Below, in pieces: positions 41,102 to 52,329 of a DNA stretch of 64,000 nucleotides. The stretch's first letter is position 1, and each line of letters opens with the position of its first letter. The notes beneath the pieces are model-generated. The model ran no database searches. It saw only the letters and a list, made by a program, of their open reading frames with translations, and was not told the origin of the DNA. Location: positions 52,638,001-52,702,000 of the forward strand of contig OX597824.1 in assembly GCA_951406725.2 (NCBI GenBank), read 5' to 3'. The position numbers were made by a program, and so were the translations under genes. This stretch comes from Octopus vulgaris (lineage: Eukaryota).

Positions 41102-41160
41102 CGACAACAACATCGAAAAATACCTTAGGAATGAGAACCCAGGTTCAAAATTTCCCCCAA

Positions 41161-41206
41161 GATACCTGAAGAAGGCTGGAGGGTATATCAGCCGAAACGT
41201 TGTGTT
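41161..41206 (+). ncRNA. Minimal type I hammerhead ribozyme
   Basis: gatac-CTGAAGA-a-ggctg(gagggtatat)cagcc-GAAAC-GTT/gtgtt; predicted cleavage after 41201. Confidence 0.78.
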
Positions 41207-41262
41207 AGCAACAAACAAGATGAGGACAAATATCCGTCAAATGTAAATAATGTAAATAATGT

Positions 41263-41582
41263 ATATTCACCTACAACTGTTTCATTCCACAACCAAAATT
41301 GAAACTACAAAACATATATAAATATATAATATTGAATTTTAAAATACCAAGGACAATACAAGGATTACATGATGATCCGTTGGAATACTTGTACTGTCCT
41401 TTTCTGCACCCTGATGATTTTCCATCCTAGGTATTTTAAAGTGCAATATTATATATTTATATGTTTTAATTTTGGTTGTGAAATTGAAAAAATTGTAGGT
41501 GAATATGGTAATTAATTAATTAATCAATCAATTTATATCCATTTGATCTCTCCGTTTTCAAACTTATTAATAATATTTGATA
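41263..41582. repeat. Older foldback that hosts the Penelope insertion
   Basis: Arms 41263-41350 / 41430-41506; outer arm 41537-41582 is complementary to 40004-40050, on the far side of the Penelope copy. Confidence 0.65.
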
Positions 41583-41757
41583 TTTTATATTTTATATAAT
41601 ATATTCATTGAAGAAATAGCTCTTAAAAATACAATATATTAAACCAGTCTAACTTGGATAGAAATATCCCTATAAGAGGTCTAAATATCGTCATAGTGGC
41701 TATATGTATATGTGTGTGTGTATGTGTGTGTGTGTGTGTGCGTATATATATATATGG

Positions 41758-42009
41758 TGTGTCTGGGGAGAGTCATTTTCTCTTTGTGCCTTATGATATA
41801 ACACACTCACCGGTAAAACTTCCACTTTTTTATTATTTTTACTTTCCTAAAATTTTCGTTGCGTCTTGCAACCTTTTCAATAATTTTCAATAGTTTTGCA
41901 AGACGCAACGAACATTTTAGGAAAATAAAAATAAGAAAAAAGTGGAAATTTTACCGGTGAGTGTGTTATATTATAAGGCACAAAAAGAAAAGGACTCTCC
42001 CCAAACACA
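41758..42009. repeat. Foldback with ~110-bp arms
   Basis: ggggagagtc..acacactcaccggtaaaa..gcgtcttgcaa / ttgcaagacgc..ttttaccggtgagtgtgt..gactctcccc. Confidence 0.8.
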
Positions 42010-42305
42010 ACAGAATATGCTTCAATACACGAACTCATATAAAGAATGTTGCAAACCAAATCCCAAAACGAAATATATATATATATATATGACATTCAAA
42101 TCAACATCTCTGTCTATATATACCCTCTTTATAATGTTATTCAACATGAAAATAAGTATATGTATTGATGGAAAACCTCTATAAATGGCTGATGATTGCT
42201 CAACATTTTAAAACTGTTGTAATACTTACAATGTTTAATAAAATGATGTAGCGTGAAACGATCGTACCAAATTACCGAAGATATTCTTGTTGCTTATTTT
42301 GATTA

Positions 42306-42336
<31 letters not shown>

Positions 42337-42337
42337 A

Positions 42338-42413
<76 letters not shown>

Positions 42414-42557
42414 TGTGTGTATGTATGTATGTATATATATATATATATATATATAATCCGTAATAATGAAGGGTGAAATTAATTAATTTGGAATAATTAT
42501 CAATTACACCAAGTAGTCTTCGGCATGTAAAAGCCTCATTCGAGGAAAATTTAAGTA

Positions 42558-42839
42558 ATACTAAGCAATAAAGGGTTTAGCAACGAATTGCCTTACCACA
42601 TACCGAATTTAGAAATAGCAGTCAAAGAGTTATAGCTATTTCTTCTACTAAAAGGGAGATCTCAGTAAAAACAGCAATTGGAAGGCAGACACAAACAGGT
42701 ACCTGTTTGTGTCTGCCTTCCAATTGCTGTTTTTACTGAGATCTCCCTTTTAGTAGAAGAAATAGCTATAACTCTTTGACTGCTATTTCTAAATTCGGTA
42801 TGTGGTAAGGCAATTCGTTGCTAAACCCTTTATTGCTTA

Positions 42840-42843
<4 letters not shown>
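42558..42843. repeat. Perfect 286-bp palindrome with no spacer
   Basis: Centre aggt|acct at 42700/42701; arms appear exactly complementary for 143 bp. Confidence 0.92.
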
Positions 42844-42914
<71 letters not shown>

Positions 42915-42917
<3 letters not shown>

Positions 42918-43222
42918 TGTTTGTTCCTTCTTGAGCCATGCTTGGCTCATAAAGGCCGGGTCCCAGGTTTTATTGCTGTATAGCTTCTCCACCTGGATGG
43001 GACGCCGGTCCGTCTCAGGTGATCTGCTAGATGCACGAGGAGAGAGTGAGAGAAAGTTGTAGTGAAGGAGTCAGCAAAAACTCGCCATTATCTTCTGCCG
43101 GAGCCACATTCTGCTTAGGTGTTTTGCTCATTAACAAACACACCACTCGGTCGGAGATTCGAACCCGTGATCCCACGACCGTGAGTTCGCTGCTCTAAGC
43201 ACTGAGCCATGAGCCTCCACTT
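42915..43222 (-). mobile_element. tRNA-derived SINE, third family
   Basis: Head tggctcagtgcttagagc...gggttcgaatctc (A and B boxes) at 43220-43150. Confidence 0.7.
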
Positions 43223-44005
43223 ATGTATATATATATATATATATATATAGTGGTTGTATACTGTCAACATAACGTGACAGTCTCGTAAAGGGAATTACAC
43301 CACCGCTATTTAGCCCTAGAAAGCATCGACGCTTCCTGTAGGCTTTGACACATTTCCTGTGTCCTTATATTTGCGAAGGGAAGGCAAGCACCCCCACCAT
43401 GTTGAATTGGCTACGAACTTGTGTGTGTGTGTGTGTAAATGAAAAATGCATTAACTAGTACAAAACCTACACGTAGGACAGGCACAGAAAGACAGTAATC
43501 CTTCAGTTATTGACCGAAAAATATAAATGCCCAGTTCCGTATCTTTAACGATAAGACTGAGAACTTAGTATGTCGATGACACCCACAAGATTTGCGTAGA
43601 ATTAGGGTTCGAGCAAACAAGACAATACAGGGTGGACATACAAAAGTAAAGAAATGTAATTAGAAGCGATAGACGAAGACAACAAATAAAGCTTTTCAGC
43701 CCAAAACGAGGATGATGGGTAACGCCAGGAAGCAATCCTCAAATGGATATAACGAATTAGTAAGAGAAGAGGAAAAGTTGACCGGCACGCTAAGTGTCCT
43801 GTGGCAAAACAAAGAAAAAACAGAGATTAGAAAATTAGTCACGAGTCACGTGTGGCCAGTAGATGGGTGGGAAGGAGGATGAGAGAGAGAAAAGGAGAAG
43901 GAAGGGGGAGGTCTACAATTAAGTATGAGAAGATGAGAGAGAGGGAGAGAGAAAGTAGGGATGCCAGAAGAGAAATATTAAGTCGAGAAAGAGTCACAAT
44001 ACACA

Positions 44006-44102
<97 letters not shown>

Positions 44103-45282
44103 CCCAGGACAGTCTTTACTGTGCATGGCGTTCTATAATGTTTTAAAAACAACATCATGTAGTTGAAGCTAACATCTCGATGACATTTTTACTGATTACA
44201 TTAGTTATGACTTCCACGGGAAAGTGGCATAATTAACATTTATGGCTACATCTTGGGCATTTAAAGGCTTCACTGCGTCTTTCATCAGCTATTTTGTTAT
44301 CTCCTGCTTTAGGAATGCAAAATCAAAGCCTTCATGATGTGACGTGATGCAGTAATTAGTTTCTGTTGAATATCATCATTTCCCCAAGTTTATAGTTAAC
44401 ATATTAATGTGTAACCTTTTTGTGAGATGCAGAGTGTTTCACTTTAAAAGCTTTGCTGGGATATGCTAGTCCTACATTTCTGGGTTCACATGGGAAGTGA
44501 TCAAGAAGTGAGTGTTCCACTACTAAGACGAAAGATGTTCTCTTCATTTATGAGTATTTGCTACAGTTGTTTCGTAGCTTGCTGTCTGTGTGATATTATA
44601 TAGCACTTGAAGGCAGTTTGTTCTGATTTTAAGCCATTCTCTCTCTTTTCTCCCGAGATAGAGTCTGCCAATATCACTGATTTAGCGAGTGTTTGAAGTT
44701 GATGTCAGGATCTTGCGGCTTTTACTGTCTATCAAGAGTATCACTTTAACAAATTAGTCAAGTATCCGAAACTGATATTAGTGCTACAACTGTAAACGCA
44801 TGGTGGGATATTGTCTTGTAAGAGACAAACTCTAAATGCCATATCTATTTTTAATCGGGAAAAATATTCTTTAGTTACTTTATATATGTATGCATGCACG
44901 TATGCAGATTGTTCGTTGGAAATAGCTGACATTTGCTAAGCTTTGTTTGTACCAGAAGAGACCATCGGCAGTAAATTTACAGATATTGTTCTCAGGGTAC
45001 GTGCAATTCTAAAGACGTAGCCTTCAGTTATGTTTCAATGCTAATTAAATACATATGCACACACCCCACTCACAAACCCACAAACACACACACGCACGCA
45101 CACACACACGCACATATATGCCTTCGTCAACATATATTCATTCACGTGCATATTATCATACACACACCACACACATACACGAAATATAAGTATGCGTGTG
45201 TGTATGTTGATATCTGCATGAATATATGTTATGTATATATACGAACACACATGTACATATGTGCGTGGTATGGTGTTGTAGA

Positions 45283-45326
<44 letters not shown>

Positions 45327-45728
45327 TGTACTTCGAATTTCCTTCGGCTAGAATTATAATTACGCCGAAGGCAAATTAGAAATATCAGTTCTTCGATTAT
45401 TTCCTTCCCCTTTAGAAATAAAAAAGAAAAGAAAAAGATATGTAATTATTAATGATAACAGCGACGACTACGACGACAACAGCAGTAGTGTGGTGGTAAG
45501 GTAGTAAAGGGAGACAACGGTTCTGGCTTGCAATAAGAAACAATTTTTCTTTCTTTCGTTTTGTTTTTTGCTTTGTTTTGTTATTTTTCATTTGAACTGC
45601 AAAATCAAAGACAGTACTTGCTGCCTTCAGCTAATTTGTTTTATCTTAAGCTGCCCCATGTTTCGTGCAAAATTATAAACAAACACACACAATCATACCT
45701 ATGCTTGCTCACACATACACACACACAG

Positions 45729-45761
<33 letters not shown>

Positions 45762-46579
45762 TTCACACGCACGCGTGCAGACCCAAATATATATAATTAA
45801 AACGAAGCAGGCAGCTGAAAGCTATGAAGAAAATATTGCATCTGTATTTTGCTATTCTTTAATTAATATCCATTTCATTTATTGTTTTATTTTATGCTAC
45901 AAGAGAAGAGCAATCAATAAATAAATTGCTTCTTCTTTAGGATTTCATGTATTCTTTCAAAGTAGCAGCTAAACATGCCATGTGATCAGGCTGTTTGCTG
46001 ATACTAATTTTATCACCACCATTACTGAAGAAAATAACCTTTTCTATGTTTTTATGATGTGGTAGGAGGGCTTTAGAGGAGGTGGTGTGTCCAGATAGAT
46101 ATTATTGAATAAATAGCTCATGCAACCGGACACATAATTTCACTGGAGTCGTTTCGTCGTGGTTCTGAACATAGTTTATTATTTCTATCTTATCTCTATT
46201 CGGTGCAAGACCTCAACGTTGGATGTGCATTCTATCCAGGATGATAGTTTTTCTCTTATTTGTTAAATACGGTGCGAAGTGATATTACGTTGTAGTGATT
46301 GGAAAAACAATTCAGCGTCAGTTAACATTTTTCTGTGGCTGAACAAATAGTGGGAACAACTCTATGAACTGTTAGGTGGTATAGTAATTCACAGCTGTAG
46401 GCAGTAACATCACTTTCAGTAGATTGACGAATATTTCTTAATTTACAGTGTTGTGCATGGTAATTCTTTCGGCCTCGGAAAGTATCAGGCTAATAAGATA
46501 AAAGATTTGTTCAACGAAAACCCTTCTAGGCTGTGCTCAGCACGGCCGCAGTCAAATGACTGAAACAAGTAACAGATGC

Positions 46580-46650
<71 letters not shown>

Positions 46651-46676
46651 ACATATATATTTGGATAGATAGATAA

Positions 46677-46779
<103 letters not shown>

Positions 46780-47285
46780 TGATATGAATTAATTAATTAA
46801 TGTATGCGCAGGAATGTATGCATAGCTGCAAGTATATACTGGTAAACCTCTGAAAGCAGCTTGCATATGTTTGCATGTATGTAATGATGTTCCGTACACA
46901 TGTTTCTTCCAAGATATCTGACAATGTATCAAAACTGTTTATCGCTCCCTCCCGTCCACTCTCGGTCAAGATTACATGGACTAATCAAAGTTACTGCCTT
47001 TCCATCCATTCCGCTTTGCTTCAGAACAACAACAAAGTTATGGCATGCCAAGATTACAGTCGAATGTTGCCAATTTCATCTTGAGTGAAGACTAGTGAGA
47101 AAGATGGGGAGACTGCGTCGTGGTTGAGATGATGAACGTGGAAGGTTGTGAGCTTTGGCAGGAAGATAATATAGACAAGCAAAATTAAAATCTTTATATA
47201 CTCTTGATATTGTTATGAATATGTAGCAAGTTATAAATATTACTATACATATATACATACACACACACATATATATAATATATAT

Positions 47286-47332
<47 letters not shown>

Positions 47333-47345
47333 CATATGTATATAA

Positions 47346-47428
<83 letters not shown>

Positions 47429-47606
47429 TAAGGTATACACAAATACATCTATATGCACATACATATACATACACACATATCTAAATATGTGTGCTTGCAT
47501 ACGTATGCAAAAGATATACAATTGTACATATAAATTACATTTTCATGTACACACACGTGAATCTTGTAGGTAGACAATAATCTATGAATACTTGAGAAAT
47601 TGCACG

Positions 47607-47648
<42 letters not shown>

Positions 47649-48032
47649 TGAGAACAAACGTGTGTGTATATGGATGTGCAACCCAAATGCTTGAACAGTC
47701 ATTTTATATATATTTATTTTTAGACATCACTGTTAATACAAATTCTCATTACCTTGAGCATGATTTAGTCAACTTAGACTATGAGTTGATAATGTGTACA
47801 GTCACTCTGTTATGTTGTTTGTGAACGTTATGTGTTCTCTCCTTGTCTATCTAGATGTGTATTTGTGCAGACACCTTGTGTAATCTCTGTACAGAACTTG
47901 AGCATATTGTACACTGGCCATCATTCGACAGAGGCTATTTTCTATTTGATACATTCCGATTTTCTTTCACTTCTTCCTTCTTCATTTTCAACATCAGCTT
48001 ATTACATTCCGTGATATTTTTAATTTCTGTGG

Positions 48033-48262
48033 GGCGGCGAGCTGGCAGAAACGTTAGCACGCCGGGCGAAATGCTTAGCAGTATTTCGTCTGCCGTTACG
48101 TTCTGAGTTCAAATTCCGCCGAGATCGACTTTGCCTTTCATCCTTTCGGGGTCGATTAAATAAGTACCAGTTACGCACTGGGGTCGATGTAATCGACTTG
48201 ATCCGTTTGTCTGTCCTTGTTTGTCCTCTCTGTGTTTAGCCCCTTGTGGGTAGTAAAGAAAT
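48033..48262 (+). mobile_element. Well-preserved tRNA-derived SINE with Nin/Deu-like central domain
   Basis: ggcggcgagctggcagaaacgttagc...gagttcaaattcc...tcgactttgcctttcatcctttcggggtcgattaaataagtaccag; more than 10 relatives in the window. The domain name is from recall. Confidence 0.85.
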
Positions 48263-48747
48263 AGGTATTTCGTCCACCTGTGCGTTGCAACTTCAAATTC
48301 TCCTATGATCGACTTTGATTTTCGTCCCTTTTGAGGTCGATAAAGGAAGTTACCAGTTGAGTACTGGGGTCAATGTAATGGACTAGCCTCACAAATTTCA
48401 GGCCTTGTGCCTGTAGTAGAAAGAATATTTCTAATCTATATGCGCGCGATCACATATACATACTGAAATTAGACCTGTAATCTGTTGTTGGTTAGAAAAA
48501 TATCGCCGATGGTGGATTTTCAAAAATACTTATCCAGAATAAGATCTAGGCAATGTCCTCAAAGCTGGTTCCCGTGGAGGAGTCACGGACGGACTGTTAG
48601 GGAAAGGGAAACAACGCGAGTTCAGGAAATAGAAATAGCCGTACGTAACATAAAGGAAGTTCAGATCACAAAGTTTAAAGTAGCAAAGACATGAACAGGA
48701 AGGCAAGAACAGAAGACCCAATCCGGCGCAGACACCGGTCACACACA

Positions 48748-48813
<66 letters not shown>

Positions 48814-51540
48814 CACACACACAATACGCACGCACACATTCTGTAAATTTTAACTATTTAATTAACTATTCATCGTTCATTTTTTCAATATATGGTCAAC
48901 AATGTGAGGGCATTATATTAACTGATACTTTATATCGAATCAGCAGTTGTTCAGATCTTTAATGGGTAAAAATCTTGACAGTGAGGTAACTGGTGAAGTT
49001 CAGCGTCGGCAACAATAGTGTTAGTAATGGGAAAGGATAAACCATGTTTTCTTTCAGTTTATTCTATATTGGATGTAATTTGGTGACTTAATGTATTATT
49101 GGTTACAGAGGGACTAAAGTGGAATAATTATTTATTATCGTTTTCATTTAGTAGGATATGAAATCGTGTTTAGAGAATGTTTGATAATATGATGGACCAG
49201 CTCGAGTGTATATTGTTTTTCTGAGGCACTGAGTTGACAGACCAAAATCTTGGCCTTATTTGACCCTGGAATGTTCAGCAATTATTTTCAGGTTGAAGTG
49301 AGTGAAGTAAAGAAGAAAGACGTAGTGACATATTTTCCGTTCAGATTATCACTCGGTTTACATATTTGATCATTTGATCAATCAATTTTCCATCACTGTC
49401 CTCATCATAATCATCTTGATAATGAAAATAATTATGATGATTATCATCATTATCTCCGTCAACAATATTATCATCGTCATCGTCGTCATTGATAAACTAC
49501 TTAGTGTAAGGAATTGTGAAGAAGGAGAAATTAAGGCGAAAGGAATGAATTTAGTTTAGGCTTGAAAGAATTCGGGTCATAAGAAAGAGGAAAACATTTG
49601 ATATCTCAACAGATATCATCTCAGCCATTCCGCAATTTAATCATTCGTTTAACGTGTTTTAAATTTATGTTCGGTCACTTTTACTGTCATTATATTTTAA
49701 TGCCAGCATTTAGTAATATCCCTACACTATTAGAACCATATACACCCACTATACTACATTGCTATTGTAACACATATACCACCATTCTATTGTGTCACAT
49801 AATATCATTACACCAACAATATCTTCTTGCGTATAAGGTGACTACAACTCTAATTCTGAAGTGTTTCTATATCACTATAATATAATAGACACACATTTAA
49901 TGCAACTCTGTGAATTCGTTCCATACAATGTATCTCCACCATGAGGATGCAGTAGACATTAGTTTTACTATTACTCTACGATATTGTTCCACATGGTGTC
50001 TCTACTCCATTACCATGTATTAGACCACAAAATGTCTCAAAGATGTTGTGATGATACGCCATTGATACGTTTAAATCGGTGCAAATCATTCTTACTTGGC
50101 AACAATTACAGAAGACGTTAATAATAGACAGGTGTATAAGAGCAAAATATAGCAGTGTAGAAACAGTGGCTACAATTGCAACAATTATAACAACTGTCCG
50201 ACAACTGACTCTACCATTCGGTGGCATCAAAACTACCACCGATCGTAGACTTCAAATTTAGTAACTTGGCAATATAGGTAGTGCCTTGGATTCGATTAAC
50301 TAATCACTATAAGCAAGAAGGACACTATAGGTGTTGGTGCTTCATTGGCTGAAATAGATAGGCACACAAAAGAACAGATTTTAGAGCATGAAGAGGGAAG
50401 GGTGTCTTCTAGTCAATTTGAAAGGTTTTCTGTTTGGTATCCTTCACATACATGACCAACTTCATATTTAATAATTTTACACTCTCAACAACACCCTCTC
50501 CTGTGTCCTACCGCTTTCATTTTTGCATATCCTCTTACATCTACTCCGACTCCTTCAAATCATGATAATCGTACCATTGTTATGAACATCCCGATAGACG
50601 ACATTCTTATCATCGTCATCTCTGAAAGAACGCTACATATAAACACAAATGCAAACACATACATACATACACGCACACATACATACATACATACATACAT
50701 ACATACATACATACATACATACATACATACATACATACATACATACATAAGTATGTGTATGTGTGCATGCACGAATTATAAATACATTTTGATGTGTCCG
50801 TATTACTCTTTTTTTTGTATCTATGTGTATATATACAGGCACGAAAAACGAGAGAACTGGAGATCAACGAGAAAGATAATCGTCTTTAAATAAATCCAGC
50901 AGATATAATCGTGAAATGTTGGTCATTTTGCATTAAGCTTTACATAAATATTTAGACTGGAATCCAATCCAATCTGTTGCAGTGTAGACGGAATCTATTT
51001 TCGTTGGTTTGTACTATTTTCTGTTCTGTGTAGAAATAAAAATGAAAATGAAATTCGACACTTCCATACATACAGACAGACATAATATACATAACGTACA
51101 TTCATACATACATTCATATATACATACATTCTTTCATACATGCATTCAGTCATACTTATATGCATACGTACGTGTATACATACAAACATACATACATACG
51201 TAACATACTTATATAACTGTATATATATATACATACATATGTGCGTGTATGTTTGTGCATATGTATGATAGTATCGATCAGTGAGGATAGGTACCCAACA
51301 CTGTATTTAGTGGATAAATATTGTATATTTCTTTATGTATGTATTAATAGTACTACCATTGGTTTCATGTATGAAAAGAATCGCAATTGCTCAAGGTTTC
51401 TAATTCAAAAGTTCGTAATCGCATCCATTTCGGATGGATGTGAGATGCGATTACCAATATCCTGAAATAGAATGGTTGAAGAATCGTGGATTTTTTGTAC
51501 ACATGAAACAATTGGTAGCAATTTTAATCCACAAATAAAG

Positions 51541-51664
<124 letters not shown>

Positions 51665-51758
51665 CAAGGAAAAATTGTTAAAAGGCAGAATGCTAAATTG
51701 AAAGAAAACTTTAATGAAAATGGGTGTATGGAAAAAGTTTTTGAAAAATTGATAAAAT

Positions 51759-51807
<49 letters not shown>

Positions 51808-52016
51808 TAAATCTCAGAATGAGATGTAAACAGTAATCGCTCGATAATGTAGGTATAGAAGCCATCTTAATATGGCTAACCACAAAGGGGAGGGGGTGTT
51901 ACTGTAGCTCCATAGCCCCAGGAGATCATCGTCTCCAGCTGGCTTTAGACACCATTTCAGTGCCCTTGAAGTATTTGCAAAGGGAGGCCATCCCTTTCTC
52001 GCAAGCCTGAGTGATA

Positions 52017-52060
52017 CGCATGGACTAGTTTCGGGATTATTGTCCCTTATCAACGGGCGG
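52017..52060 (-). ncRNA. Minimal type I hammerhead ribozyme, U3-A8 variant
   Basis: cgcccg-TTGATAA-ggga(caataa)tccc-GAAAC-TA-GTC/catgcg; palindromic ACTAGT stem III; GUC cleavage triplet. Confidence 0.72.
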
Positions 52061-52329
52061 TAACCACCAGGTCGCGATTAATTCTTTATTATGATTATAA
52101 AATCAGTACATAGAAGAACAATACAGGACACACATACAAAAAACAGTTAAGTGGTTCGTTTAAAAATTTCCAAAATATATGGATTATTCATTATACAAAA
52201 AACTGTATTTAAATTGTCCTTTGCATTGACTAATATAACATTACATTAGATTGAAATCTTACCAATATATTTTAAACCCCGGCAACCTATAAGGCCCCGC
52301 AGCTTTCCTTTCCTCTTCTCCATCCATAG

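Larger units (their letters stand above)
40048..41262 (+). mobile_element. 5'-truncated Penelope-like element with inverted 5' tail, GIY-YIG end, tRNA-like segment, (TAA)n and hammerhead
   Basis: 40082-40147 is the reverse complement of 41194-41262; GIY-YIG 40148-40530; tRNA-like 40562-40628; hammerhead 41161-41206. Confidence 0.85.

Noticed and set aside
44308-44349. Minus-strand HEGFDFAFLK resembling a DEDDh exonuclease motif
   Set aside because: Stops lie close by and no other motifs are visible; likely chance or an unrecognisable relic.
45540-46050. Non-repetitive TAAT-rich block as a conserved enhancer
   Set aside because: Cannot be supported without cross-species alignment or chromatin data.
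49976-50239. 87-aa hydrophobic minus-strand ORF as an upstream exon of the membrane gene
   Set aside because: No recognisable family similarity and no convincing splice sites; it cannot be supported without transcripts.
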